Part shown: in pieces, positions 1 through 9,858 of the stretch
Layout of the letters: every line of letters starts with the position of its first letter
How positions within the stretch are numbered: the first letter of the stretch is position 1
Origin: a virus
Virus record (IMG/VR): IMGVR_UViG_3300021478_000216
Span: 14,995 to 78,994 of that record
Length of the DNA stretch: 64,000 nucleotides
Direction: 5' to 3' (one strand)
Made by a program: the position numbers and the translations under genes
Notes under the pieces: generated by a model
The model's input: only the letters and a program-made list of their open reading frames with translations
Database searches by the model: none
Told to the model about the DNA's origin: nothing

Positions 1-1
1 T

Positions 2-352
2 CGTGAGCCTCTAGTAAGGGCTCTTGTGGCTGCGAAGCTGGAAGCGGCCGGAGTACAAGGCACTAATACTCCTAGGCTCGTAAGGCTGTTGGATCTCGAC
101 AAGATCGACCTGGACGCTGAGGGCGACATTGTCGGTCTCGACGACCAGGTCGACGAGCTCAAGACTGAGTTCCCCAACCTGTTCGCGCCTGCGGGCAGTA
201 ACGGGACTCGAGCACCGAACGTGAACGGCGGAGCCGGTAACGGGCGGACGAAGGACAAGCAGGACCGCCAGGAGCCAAAGGGCTTCGCACAGCAGTTGGC
301 GGATATGGTCACAGGATCAGCTCCCGTAGGCCAAGGTCTAGTAGGTAGGTAA
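2..352 (+). CDS. Capsid scaffolding protein, C-terminal part (gene likely starts before the window)
   Basis: Frame is open from base 2; acidic helical segment ending ELKTEFPNLF then a Gly/Asn-rich tail; directly upstream of the major capsid gene. Confidence 0.75.
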   Translation, partial: REPLVRALVAAKLEAAGVQGTNTPRLVRLLDLDKIDLDAEGDIVGLDDQVDELKTEFPNLFAPAGSNGTRAPNVNGGAGNGRTKDKQDRQEPKGFAQQLADMVTGSAPVGQGLVGR

Positions 353-395
353 GTCGGCCACCGCTGGGTGACGACTTTGATAAAGGAGGTGAAGC

Positions 396-1433
396 GTGGC
401 TCAGTCCACGTTTACCAACTGGATCCCGGTTGAATACGGGGCCCAGGTGATCCAGAGGGTCACCCAGCACAGTGCTGTTGAGTCGTTCGGCCAGCAGATC
501 ATGATGACGTCCAACTCGCGCTACGTGTCGCGTGACCAGGGTGTTCAGGCTGGCCTTGTGACCAAGGGCAGCACCTACGCGGTCGGCGGCGGTACTCAGG
601 GCTTCGGTACCAACGACGACGCTGAGGATGCAGTGCTTCTGACCGCCGGTAAGTGGGGCACAGAAGTTGACATCGCCGAGGAAGACATCATGGACTCCCT
701 CGCTGACATCATCAACTCCAAGTCCAACGCGATCGGTACTGCTCTCGCCAAGGTCTATGACAATGCGTCTATTGGCGTCAACGCAGCTCCGGGTGCGACG
801 AATGCTCAGACCACGTCAGTGTACTACGGTCTGACTCATACCAACGCGGCCGACAGCTACACCGCGAACACGAACTACAGCGCGGGAGCGGCTAACTCCC
901 ACGGTGCGGTCACGTACGCGCAGCTCTCCACGTCGCTGGGTCAGGTCGAGCAGGGTGACTACTTTAACGAGGAGGACATGATCTGCATTGCTCACCCGTA
1001 CTTCCGGCAGCAGCTGCGAGGTATCGTGGACGGGCAGAGCCGACCGATCTTCCAGGAGTCGTCAGGAGGGTTCCCGGGTGGCGGCCAGGGTCCGACGCCT
1101 GACCTGATCTTCCGCATTCCGGTGTTCTGGAGTCTGGGTGCGACGGTTACGGCGACCCCGTTGTCGACGTACGCAACGCCGAACTACGCAGGCTCGTCAG
1201 GCTCTGCCGCGGCTGGGACGGCGGGTAACCGTCTTCTCATCTTCTGTAACCGTCTGTACCTGCTTGCGGGTAAGAGGACCACGAACCCGAATAACCCGCA
1301 GGCTACGCCCGAGTTCCAGATCGTGCCACCTATGTACTCCGGCACGGACACGACCATCCTGCGTGGTCGCATGAGGCGCGCGTTCTCGATGGGTATCGAG
1401 TTCGCGTTCTCCATCTTCGAGGCTGTCAACTAG
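396..1433 (+). CDS. Major capsid protein (HK97-like)
   Basis: 345 aa, AAGGAGG RBS, GC3-rich codons, motifs WIPVEY, HPYFRQQLRGIVDGQSRPIF, position after scaffold. Confidence 0.9.
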   Translation: MAQSTFTNWIPVEYGAQVIQRVTQHSAVESFGQQIMMTSNSRYVSRDQGVQAGLVTKGSTYAVGGGTQGFGTNDDAEDAVLLTAGKWGTEVDIAEEDIMDSLADIINSKSNAIGTALAKVYDNASIGVNAAPGATNAQTTSVYYGLTHTNAADSYTANTNYSAGAANSHGAVTYAQLSTSLGQVEQGDYFNEEDMICIAHPYFRQQLRGIVDGQSRPIFQESSGGFPGGGQGPTPDLIFRIPVFWSLGATVTATPLSTYATPNYAGSSGSAAAGTAGNRLLIFCNRLYLLAGKRTTNPNNPQATPEFQIVPPMYSGTDTTILRGRMRRAFSMGIEFAFSIFEAVN

Positions 1434-1442
1434 GTCGGTATA

Positions 1443-1471
1443 GGACGGGCGGTATTTCAGGCCGCCCGTCC
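1443..1471 (+). terminator. Stem-loop after capsid gene (terminator or mRNA stabiliser)
   Basis: Perfect 10-bp inverted repeat GGACGGGCGG/CCGCCCGTCC; no U-tract. Confidence 0.6.
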
Positions 1472-1493
1472 CCGTCTCGAAAGGAGGCCTTCA

Positions 1494-1826
1494 ATGACTG
1501 AGAACGAAGAAGAACTGTCGGCAGGTACAGTCAACAAGGGTGGTTCCTACCCTAAGGGCGACAAGGATGGCCCGAAGAGGGTTACTAGGCCTCGCCCCCC
1601 TAAGGACCTCGTTGTCGACCAGTACAACCCCGACGGACTTACCCATCAGGGTGGCGGCTGGGCGGTATTCGAGTATCCTTCTCCAGGTGAGATGGAGCCT
1701 AGCATCGAGGCTGTACGTCATCACGTCGAGGACCGAGTTCGTAGGGCTGGCTATGTCATCGATGGTGACGTAGTAGCTTACAACAAGGATGACGAGAGCT
1801 TTCGCGTCGCAGTACGTTACGCATAA
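1494..1826 (+). CDS. Hypothetical protein
   Basis: AAGGAGG RBS, 110 aa, in structural operon. Confidence 0.7.
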   Translation: MTENEEELSAGTVNKGGSYPKGDKDGPKRVTRPRPPKDLVVDQYNPDGLTHQGGGWAVFEYPSPGEMEPSIEAVRHHVEDRVRRAGYVIDGDVVAYNKDDESFRVAVRYA

Positions 1827-1835
1827 GGAGATATC

Positions 1836-2252
1836 ATGACGATTCTTCTTTCGAACACGTTCGCTAACGCGCTGTTGCAGCATAGCGGAACCTCGCTTGC
1901 AGACCAGTTCGGTGGAGGAACGCTAGTTGTCTATAGCGGGACTCCACCTACAGGTCCGAACGAGGCGCTTTCAGGTAACACTGTTCTAGCTACTTTCACG
2001 TTCGCAGCAGCTACAGCCTGGGCTGCTCCTTCTGTCGGCATCGAAAATCTAGACTTCGTAGCGCAGACAGTGACTGCGACTGCTACAGGTACTGCGACGT
2101 TCTTCAGGATCCTGAACTCTGGTGCTCAAGCGTTGCTCCAGGGTACAGTTAACACCTCCGGTGGAGATTTTAACTTGTCGAGTACCGCTATCACTTCCGG
2201 TGACAACGTGGCGATTACCGGAACACCAACAATCGCCTGGACGACAACTTAG
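1836..2252 (+). CDS. Virion structural protein (small beta-rich, head decoration/fibre-like)
   Basis: Thr/Gly/Ala-rich, motifs YSGTPP and ATGTATFFRI typical of small phage structural proteins; RBS AAGGAG. Confidence 0.65.
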   Translation: MTILLSNTFANALLQHSGTSLADQFGGGTLVVYSGTPPTGPNEALSGNTVLATFTFAAATAWAAPSVGIENLDFVAQTVTATATGTATFFRILNSGAQALLQGTVNTSGGDFNLSSTAITSGDNVAITGTPTIAWTTT

Positions 2253-2264
2253 AAGGGTGTAGTT

Positions 2265-2843
2265 ATGTCCTGGACTACTGGTACTCAGACGGAAGCTCTC
2301 GGCGCCAACAATGCTGTAGGGTCGTCGTTTGCCTCATTCACTGCGGCGCAGTTTATCGGTCCCTCCGCTTCGGGTTCCGGTTACCTTCCCGCGAACTTCT
2401 TCCTACCTTCGACCGGTGTAGGAAAGTCGCTTCTAGTCAAGGCCTTCGGCGTCGTCGGAACCACCGCGACTCCTAACATCACGTTCGGTATGACCTTCAA
2501 CACTGCTCAGGGCACTTACAACGGTTCAGGCATCGTCGCAACCACTGGTGCGGTAGCAGGTCCCACTTCAGGCAGCAACATGCCTTGGGAGTTCGACCTG
2601 ATTATCACCTGTTCCGCAACAGGCGCTGCCGGAACCTTCCTCGCTGATGGAGCGCTGAAGATCTACCCGACGGGTACTACGGTGCAGAACCTGCGTTGCT
2701 CTTCTTCGGCGGCGAACCCGAACACCGCGCTGTCTTTGACTACTGAGTCGGCGTACTACCTGGAGCTGTTTGCGGCCTTCTCGGCTTCGAGCGCCTCGAA
2801 CAACATTCAGTGCTACGACGTGGTAGTTCTTGGCCTGAACTAG
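2265..2843 (+). CDS. Putative virion structural protein
   Basis: 192 aa Ala/Gly/Thr/Ser-rich beta protein in the structural operon, GC3-rich. Confidence 0.6.
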   Translation: MSWTTGTQTEALGANNAVGSSFASFTAAQFIGPSASGSGYLPANFFLPSTGVGKSLLVKAFGVVGTTATPNITFGMTFNTAQGTYNGSGIVATTGAVAGPTSGSNMPWEFDLIITCSATGAAGTFLADGALKIYPTGTTVQNLRCSSSAANPNTALSLTTESAYYLELFAAFSASSASNNIQCYDVVVLGLN

Positions 2844-2893
2844 ACTACCCTGTCCGGAGGAGGACAGTTCTTTCGAGCTGAGGTGATGCCGAC

Positions 2894-4849
2894 GTGGTGG
2901 CGACACTTGTTCAGTCGGTATCAGTCAGCACTAATACTGCTTCGCCCCTGTCTATTACCCTGGGTGCGAATACTTCTCAGGGTAATACTCTTATTGTCTG
3001 CTCGAACGGCAATGCAGCAGTTAATGACCCGTCCGTTACGGGTATTACTCTAGGAAGTGCATCAGGTAACTTTGCTCAGAATGTTACTATTGGTACTCCT
3101 TCTACTGACTTTCAGACGGTGTCGATATGGTCTGATCCTAACTGTACTGGTGGACAGACGTCGGTATCGGTTTCGTTTAGTACTTCTGGTGGCAGTATAG
3201 CCTTCTGTGTTACTGTTATGGAATGGGCTGGTCTGCTACTTGCAGTGCCGAATTCGGACAAGACAGCCGGTCAGATAAATAATACTAACGGGACTTCGTG
3301 GTCTTCATCTGCGACAGCAGGGCTTAGTCAGTCTCCAGAGCTTGCTATCGGAATAGTAGGTGCCTATCTTAGCACAGGCGTCGGAACGATAAACGGTCCG
3401 TCGCCGCCTTGGTCGAACCTGACCCAGAAGAACTCGCCTGGCGGTACGGTAGGACAGCTCGTTGGGTATCAGGCGCTATCGTCTACTGCAGCAGTTACCT
3501 ATTCAGGTACTACAGCTAATTCTGTTCAGTATGGCGCTGCTATTGCTACCTTCAAGGTACTAGCTAGCACGGACATACCTGATGTTCAACCTGGTCCTAC
3601 TTGGATCTCTCTGTATAAGCCTGGATGGAAGCGGACCCGTCCTCTTGCTACTCCTAGTAGCGAGGCTGTTGAACAGGTTATAGCATTCTCGGTACCGCTA
3701 CCTGCACTGGTTACTAATATAGTAGGAACCGTTGTTCACGACGGTACGCTAGCTATCGTACTGTCGCCACCTGTAGCAGGGCTTAACGTTGCTTACGAGA
3801 GCAACTTCAGCGTAACGCAGTTCGCACCCGGTCCGACATGGTTGGAGTATTTCAAGCCGGGGCTTCAGAGAGCTCGACCGACGACACCCTGGCAGCAGAT
3901 TACTGTTGAATTCGGGACGCTGAGTATTGTTATACCTCCGGTACTGACTACTACTCTAGCAGCTGTTCAGACCAATCCGGCAGACGTTACTGTATTTAAT
4001 CCAGGGCCGACCTGGTGGACTCTATTCAAGCCTGGTCTGAAGCAGACCAGACCCTATACTACATTTGATCTCAAGGGTGAATCAGGCCGACCAGTAATTA
4101 ATCTACCAACCTTGTCAACCAGTATATCAGCTGCGCTCATGAACTTCAGCGACGTTCAAGTAGCTAATCCTGGCCCTACATGGCTTGCTTTGTTCAAGCC
4201 TGGAATCCGGAAGCGTCCTGTTGAGCAGGACGATCGAGTTGCAGCCCTTATGACAGGCTCGGTTGTTATAGTACTGTCTCCAGGGTGCAGAGTCGAACTG
4301 GAGCAAGGTCCTCTTAGCATAGTTATACCGACAGTATCTTCTCAACTCCAAGGGATAGATTACTATGGTAGGCTAAATCCTGTTATTTCGTCGTTGTCCC
4401 TGACAACTAGTTTGTTTGGGCAGACACAACAGACGGAACATGGCGCGCTCGCTATAGTATTGCCCGTTCTAGCTGCTACGATTGCGTGCGACAACGGGCG
4501 TAAGCTGCTGCCTATTACAGCTAAAATTCCTACTCTGATAGTGTCGCTATCGGGTGTGATTGTTCATAATGGAATATTTACGATTCTGTTTATGAATTGT
4601 GGTTCTGGACTACGCCCGTTGACGCGATACGAGATGTTCGGTTGTGAATCTGTAGTTGATATGGCGATAGTGCTGTCTGAACCTGTACTAGAGATTAGTG
4701 CTTATCTGACTAGGGTGCGAACAGGTAACGAAACTGCTAACTGGTTGCGGGCAAAGCGTGCTCGTTCTACTAGGCGGAGACAGATTCAAGCTGCTCGTAC
4801 AGCCGCACAGGGGCGTCAGAAACTGAGAGAGGACACTGACGATGGTTAA
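2894..4849 (+). CDS. Putative structural protein with 4 PGPTWxxLFKPG repeats
   Basis: 651 aa; Ser/Thr-rich N-terminal domain, 4 copies of the repeat shared with 6260-8596. Confidence 0.7.
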   Translation: MVATLVQSVSVSTNTASPLSITLGANTSQGNTLIVCSNGNAAVNDPSVTGITLGSASGNFAQNVTIGTPSTDFQTVSIWSDPNCTGGQTSVSVSFSTSGGSIAFCVTVMEWAGLLLAVPNSDKTAGQINNTNGTSWSSSATAGLSQSPELAIGIVGAYLSTGVGTINGPSPPWSNLTQKNSPGGTVGQLVGYQALSSTAAVTYSGTTANSVQYGAAIATFKVLASTDIPDVQPGPTWISLYKPGWKRTRPLATPSSEAVEQVIAFSVPLPALVTNIVGTVVHDGTLAIVLSPPVAGLNVAYESNFSVTQFAPGPTWLEYFKPGLQRARPTTPWQQITVEFGTLSIVIPPVLTTTLAAVQTNPADVTVFNPGPTWWTLFKPGLKQTRPYTTFDLKGESGRPVINLPTLSTSISAALMNFSDVQVANPGPTWLALFKPGIRKRPVEQDDRVAALMTGSVVIVLSPGCRVELEQGPLSIVIPTVSSQLQGIDYYGRLNPVISSLSLTTSLFGQTQQTEHGALAIVLPVLAATIACDNGRKLLPITAKIPTLIVSLSGVIVHNGIFTILFMNCGSGLRPLTRYEMFGCESVVDMAIVLSEPVLEISAYLTRVRTGNETANWLRAKRARSTRRRQIQAARTAAQGRQKLREDTDDG

Positions 4850-5360
4850 TGCTTCGAATACCTGGGCGATGCCTGCAGACGTGCTTAACGTTACAGGTCA
4901 GGTAGTAACGCTATCTCAGGTTCAGTATGCGGGATCGATTATCGACCTATTTACCGGACGCCCATATGTGTTTACTTGGACAGAGCCTAGCTCGCAGGAA
5001 GTGATCACGTATAACTGGTTCGAGAATGTTGGCGCAACCGACTTTTACTACTTGAATATGGCGGTTATCTATCAGACACTCTGGATGCAGCAGCAGCCTG
5101 ATATCTTTACACGTCTCGAACTAGATTCTATTCAGACTATGCGTGCACCTATTAAGTTGAATAACGATAACGCGCTCATGATCGGACCTCTAGTTCGTAA
5201 GGCGTTGTCGCGGGTCTCATGGCTTCGTAGTCGGGCGCTTCACGTTAGGTCGCCATTCGAGGACCTGTATGCTGCTAACAGCGTGAACTTCGGTGAGTAT
5301 ATCTTCCCGTGGTCGCCAATAGGTGGTTACGGAGGGTCCCCTTCGGGACCAGACTACTAG
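4842..5360 (+). CDS. Head-to-tail adaptor
   Basis: N-terminal WAxxxDVxxVTG and size/position typical of actinophage adaptors. Confidence 0.6.
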   Translation: MVNASNTWAMPADVLNVTGQVVTLSQVQYAGSIIDLFTGRPYVFTWTEPSSQEVITYNWFENVGATDFYYLNMAVIYQTLWMQQQPDIFTRLELDSIQTMRAPIKLNNDNALMIGPLVRKALSRVSWLRSRALHVRSPFEDLYAANSVNFGEYIFPWSPIGGYGGSPSGPDY

Positions 5361-5370
5361 GAGGGATACA

Positions 5371-6219
5371 ATGACAGCTCAGCTCGTTACTTTGATAATA
5401 GACCGTACAGATGGTGCGGAAAATCCCTATACTCAAGGATCGGGCGTATGGATTCCCAGCTCGGAAATTCCAGATCCTGCGGACCACATACTTATAGGAC
5501 AAGACCCGATACCTTTCATGTTCAGTGCGGGAGCTTTTCCAAGCGTCCAACTGGTAGCTAACGATACTGCTGGTCCCCAGCAGTCAAGTGGAGCGCCTGG
5601 ATGGTCCTGGATAGTCAAGTACGGGAGTAACGTACCTGGTAATCCTCCCTCTGCATCATACTACATACTTTCGACGAACGGACTGACTCAACGTCTCAGT
5701 CAGCTAGTGCCTATTCCGTTAATACAGCCGGGTATAGAGTACGTTTCTGCAGTCAATAGTAAGACTGGTGCTGTAGTCTTGAGTGCAGCTGACGTCGGTG
5801 CTTTGGCTAATCCGTCGCCTGCTGGAGGTGCTCTATCTGGGTCTTATCCTAATCCAGGGTTTGGTTCTGGTGTTATGGGTGGATATCTGGCTCCGAAGGT
5901 TAAGACACTAGTAGATGGTGCTAGCGTGCCTGTTGACCTGAGTCAGGCCAATCTGTTCCGTTGGCTCCTGAATAGTCCTGGACATTCACTAGCTAACCCA
6001 TCTAATCTAGTTGACGGACTAGCTTTCGTGGTCAGGATTATTTATGGAGGTCCTTATACACCTTTGTTTGGAACTGCTTATGAGTTCGGGTCGGATGGTC
6101 AGCCTACCTGGTCAGCTTCAGCTGGTAAGATAGATGAGGTTGGGTTCGCGTACAACGCTGATGCAGGTGCAGGTTCCGGTTCTCTGACGTGCAGGGGCTG
6201 GAAACTCGGTTATACTTAG
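5371..6219 (+). CDS. Putative minor structural/fibre protein
   Basis: ATG 5371 with GGAGGG RBS; contains VSAVNSKTGAVVLSAADVGA and GGALSGSYPNP motifs common in phage fibre proteins. Confidence 0.6.
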   Translation: MTAQLVTLIIDRTDGAENPYTQGSGVWIPSSEIPDPADHILIGQDPIPFMFSAGAFPSVQLVANDTAGPQQSSGAPGWSWIVKYGSNVPGNPPSASYYILSTNGLTQRLSQLVPIPLIQPGIEYVSAVNSKTGAVVLSAADVGALANPSPAGGALSGSYPNPGFGSGVMGGYLAPKVKTLVDGASVPVDLSQANLFRWLLNSPGHSLANPSNLVDGLAFVVRIIYGGPYTPLFGTAYEFGSDGQPTWSASAGKIDEVGFAYNADAGAGSGSLTCRGWKLGYT

Positions 6220-6259
6220 TATAGGTTCAACTACAGGGGCTGAGAGAGGAGATTAGGTC

Positions 6260-8596
6260 GTGACCTTCACCGCTGCCGGTACCCTCACGGAAGCCGAGAA
6301 CGCGGTCGCGGCGACCAGCACGACGTTCTCCCTGACCACCAATACTGTTGGTAACTTCATCCTGGCGCAGTTCGCCTGCAACACGTCCTTCGCATCAGCG
6401 GTCACCAGCACCCGGTGCACCTGGACCCAGTTGGCGCCCGCCACCGGGGCGGCGTCATTCACGTTTAGTTCCCCGTTTAACTCGAATATCTGGATCGGCC
6501 GGGTAAACAGCGTCGGCAGCGACACTGTATCGGTGACGTTCAACGCCTCGATGGGCGGGGCAAACTGCCGGTTTGACGCTCGCGAGTTCCACTCCAGTAC
6601 AGGAGTCGCTGTGCTGGAAACCTACGGCACGGTTAACACGGCGGGAGGAACCAGCAGCTGGGCGACACTGACCCCGGCTGGCTCAGGTCGGCTTTACTGG
6701 GGCTGGTGTGAGGACAGCGGGTCGGCGGTCGCGGGTTCCACGTCCGGGTTCGTCTACGAGCCTGACAGTCATAGCAACGGTGCTGGTTACTGCCTAAGCG
6801 TATCTTCGGCCTATACTCCTGTGTGGGGAGACAGCAGCCAGGTAGCAGGCATCATGGTCCTAGTCAGCGGGACCCTGCCAGGTATAGATCAGCCGTCTAT
6901 TCAGCCCGGGCCAACGTGGATCCGGCTCTTTAAGCCTGGACTCGTTAAGCCAGTACCAAGTATGCCTTGGCAGCGAGCTACTGGAGAGTCTGGGACGCTA
7001 AGTATTGTAATACCGTCTCTAACTGTATCGATAACGGCGTCTTATGAGAACAGTAGTAGTATTCCTGCTATTGCACCTGGGCCTACATGGCTAGATCACT
7101 ATAAGCCAGGATCGACGCATCCTGTGCCGATCACGGTGTCTAGTAGTACTACAGTTGAATTTGGCACGCTCAATATTGTTCTACCTGCTGTAACATTTAA
7201 TCCTTCTGGTACTGATGTTAACCCTATCGACGTTTCTATGATCAATCCAGGCCCGACCTGGCTGGATCTGTTTAAGCCCGGAATCCAGAGACCTAGACCT
7301 GTAACACCTTGGCAGCAGGTTACGATTGAATTCGGGACGCTAAATATAGTTCTTCCTGTAACTAGCCTAATCCTGACAGGTACTGATGTTAATCCTGTCG
7401 ATGTTTCTGGAATTAATCCAGGACCTACTTGGCTGGATTTGTTTAAGCCTGGACTTTCTAGGGCGAGACCCGTAGTACCCTGGCAGCAGATTACGGTTGA
7501 ATTCGGTTCTCTTAATATTGTTATACCACCAGTACTGTCGACTAGTATCACGTCGGTTCAGACTAATCCTAATGACGTCTCTATAATTAATCCGGGACCG
7601 ACCTGGCTGAACCTGTTTAAGCCTGGACTTCCTAAGCCTAAGCCACTGACTCTTTCTAATGTTGGCGGCCTTATTGTTGAATCCGGTACTCTTAACATTA
7701 TTCTTCCTGTATTGAGTCTAGCTCTTGCAGGCACTGACGTTAACCCTATTGATACTCCCGGGATCAATCCAGGACCTACGTGGATCGAACTATTCAAGCC
7801 TGGGTTTTCCAAGCCTAGGCCTGTAACACCTTGGCAGCAGATCACAGTTGAGTCTGGCTCATTTAATATTGTTCTTCCTGCTATTAGCCTTGCACTTACG
7901 GGTAGCGATGTTACACCTATTGACGTTCCTAGTATTAATCCGGGACCAACGTGGCTAACACTCTTTAAGCCAGGCTTTTCGAAGCCTCGGCCTCTTACTC
8001 TCTCTATTAATGCTCTAGCGATTCCTACAGAGTCTGGTATTCTAAATATCGTCTTGCCTGCAGTGAGTCTAGTACTGTCGGGTAGCGATATTACGCCGAT
8101 CGATACACCTAGTATTAAGCCAGGGCCTACTTGGCTAAGTCTGTTTAAGCCTGGGTTGTCTAAGTCTAGACCTATTACGCTTACTAGTAGCGGAATTGCA
8201 GTCTTTACTGAATCAGGTACTCTTAACATAGTTCTGTCAGTACCAGTCTTTACTCCTACAGGTATTGACGTCACGCCGACTGATATGCCTGAAATTAATC
8301 CAGGACCGACTTGGTTGGCTTTGTTTAAGCCGGGACTAGTCAGACCTCATGTGCTCACAGTCTCTAGTAGAGTTACTGTTGAGTTCGGCACCTTTAATGC
8401 AGGCTTGAGTTCTCCTATAGTAACTCTAGCGGCCATACAGACGAACCCGAACGACGTTCCAGTATTCAATCCTGGACCAACTTGGTGGGCTTTGTTTAAG
8501 CCTGGTATCTCGAGGCCTCATCCGGAAGGTCTTTCGGTAGCAGTTACTGTGGGATCTAGAGTATCTACCGGTCTACTTATGGCATCGATCATCTAA
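6260..8596 (+). CDS. Putative structural protein with 10 tandem ~60-aa PGPTWxxLFKPG repeats
   Basis: 778 aa; ~205-aa N-terminal domain followed by 10 repeats. Confidence 0.75.
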   Translation: MTFTAAGTLTEAENAVAATSTTFSLTTNTVGNFILAQFACNTSFASAVTSTRCTWTQLAPATGAASFTFSSPFNSNIWIGRVNSVGSDTVSVTFNASMGGANCRFDAREFHSSTGVAVLETYGTVNTAGGTSSWATLTPAGSGRLYWGWCEDSGSAVAGSTSGFVYEPDSHSNGAGYCLSVSSAYTPVWGDSSQVAGIMVLVSGTLPGIDQPSIQPGPTWIRLFKPGLVKPVPSMPWQRATGESGTLSIVIPSLTVSITASYENSSSIPAIAPGPTWLDHYKPGSTHPVPITVSSSTTVEFGTLNIVLPAVTFNPSGTDVNPIDVSMINPGPTWLDLFKPGIQRPRPVTPWQQVTIEFGTLNIVLPVTSLILTGTDVNPVDVSGINPGPTWLDLFKPGLSRARPVVPWQQITVEFGSLNIVIPPVLSTSITSVQTNPNDVSIINPGPTWLNLFKPGLPKPKPLTLSNVGGLIVESGTLNIILPVLSLALAGTDVNPIDTPGINPGPTWIELFKPGFSKPRPVTPWQQITVESGSFNIVLPAISLALTGSDVTPIDVPSINPGPTWLTLFKPGFSKPRPLTLSINALAIPTESGILNIVLPAVSLVLSGSDITPIDTPSIKPGPTWLSLFKPGLSKSRPITLTSSGIAVFTESGTLNIVLSVPVFTPTGIDVTPTDMPEINPGPTWLALFKPGLVRPHVLTVSSRVTVEFGTFNAGLSSPIVTLAAIQTNPNDVPVFNPGPTWWALFKPGISRPHPEGLSVAVTVGSRVSTGLLMASII
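6880..8530 (+). repeat. Degenerate coding tandem repeat (~175-185 nt unit, 10 copies)
   Basis: Recurrent aatccaggaccNacNtgg...tttaagcctgg with third-position variation. Confidence 0.85.
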
Positions 8597-8606
8597 GGAG
8601 GAGACT

Positions 8607-8981
8607 ATGTATGCAATCGCTAATACGCTAGTAACGATTCTGCGAGGAACGTCAGCAGATAGCTTCGGAGACACGATAGATGCGCCTGTGCCAGTGTATA
8701 CTGATGTTATAGCGTTCCTTAGTTATCCGACGATGAGTCCTCTGCGTCCTATCGTTCTAGGTCAGCAGGTCTTTGAGCCTGCTACGCCCGATCCTAGTAC
8801 TACACGATTGGCTGCCTGTACTCTTCCTTCAGGGACCGATATTAGGAATACTGATCAGGTGCTTGATCAGTTTACAGGAGCTATATACCAGGTGTATGCA
8901 GTGACTACACTTGGTAATGCGGGAGCAACGCCAGATATTCTAGTTACTCTAAAGCGCGTAACTACTACGGAGCCTGCCTAG
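8607..8981 (+). CDS. Head-to-tail stopper
   Basis: VTILRGTSADSFGD N-terminus and LPSGTDIRNTDQV motif typical of SPP1 gp16-like stoppers. Confidence 0.7.
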   Translation: MYAIANTLVTILRGTSADSFGDTIDAPVPVYTDVIAFLSYPTMSPLRPIVLGQQVFEPATPDPSTTRLAACTLPSGTDIRNTDQVLDQFTGAIYQVYAVTTLGNAGATPDILVTLKRVTTTEPA

Positions 8982-8989
8982 GAGATAGC

Positions 8990-9409
8990 ATGATTCGGAA
9001 AGTAGTGAATTGGGTTATTTATAGAACAGGTCGTCGCGGAGCCTTTCTAGCCTTCCTGATGATCCTCGACGCAGTCTACGGCTATAGTCTCATTATGCTT
9101 CCGGGGACTACTATTCACCCGAATCTGATCCTGCCTCTACGCGCTTGGGGTTGGCTCTGGATAGCTGCGGCTGTATGCTGTGCTTCAGGTATACTCCTGC
9201 GGAAGGATAGGATCCCGTATTCGGTAGCTGCATTGCTGAAAACTGCGTGGGGACTTACCTTCGCTTGGCTTTGGTATCAAGGACTGCCAGAGTGGCCTTC
9301 TGTAGTCGTCTGGCTAGCTTTCGCACTTATAGTGCTACTAGTTGCTGGATGGCCAGAGAAGACAGTATTCGCAGATCCCTCTCCACCTAAAGTACCGGAG
9401 AAGCTATGA
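8990..9409 (+). CDS. Membrane protein (about 4 TM; holin-like)
   Basis: Four hydrophobic segments, GRRGAFL N-terminal motif. Confidence 0.65.
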   Translation: MIRKVVNWVIYRTGRRGAFLAFLMILDAVYGYSLIMLPGTTIHPNLILPLRAWGWLWIAAAVCCASGILLRKDRIPYSVAALLKTAWGLTFAWLWYQGLPEWPSVVVWLAFALIVLLVAGWPEKTVFADPSPPKVPEKL

Positions 9410-9747
9410 CTAGTGATCACATCATCGAGATTCTACTTGGACTGCTTACGCTAGTCGTAGGGCTCGTTACTTTTATGGCTGCGACGCGTACTGATCGTGA
9501 GCAGTCTCGTGCTGAGAGAGTAGCGGTTGATGCAGCTGCGTACAAGCGTGCACAGGACATTTATGAAGGCGCCCTGAAGACACTACGCGAAGAATTGGAT
9601 ACCACACGGAACGATCTACATGAGGCTCGTGTCGAGATGGTAGGACTACGTCAAGAGCTGACTGATACTCGTACTGAACTGTCTAAGGCTCGTAGGGACA
9701 TTAGTAGTCTACGCGCGGAACTACATCGATACGAAGACAATCATTAA
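9406..9747 (+). CDS. Single-TM coiled-coil membrane protein
   Basis: N-terminal TM followed by heptad-rich helix; ATGA overlap with upstream gene. Confidence 0.7.
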   Translation: MTSDHIIEILLGLLTLVVGLVTFMAATRTDREQSRAERVAVDAAAYKRAQDIYEGALKTLREELDTTRNDLHEARVEMVGLRQELTDTRTELSKARRDISSLRAELHRYEDNH

Positions 9748-9756
9748 GGAGGAATT

Positions 9757-9858
9757 ATGTGGGAAGACCTTAAGGCTATCGCAATCGCCGCAGCGGGAAT
9801 CGGTGTAGGTATCCTTCTCGGAGGATTCCTGGTTCACCTGACAGGGCTCCACCTGTGA
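9757..9858 (+). CDS. 33-aa single-TM micro-protein (not in ORF track)
   Basis: AAGGAGG RBS, MWEDLKAIAIAAAGIGVGILLGGFLVHLTGLHL, GTGA overlap with next gene. Confidence 0.6.
   Translation: MWEDLKAIAIAAAGIGVGILLGGFLVHLTGLHL

Noticed and set aside
7099-8274. Antisense ORFs opposite the repeat protein
   Set aside because: Shadow frames produced by the repeat codon pattern, with no RBS
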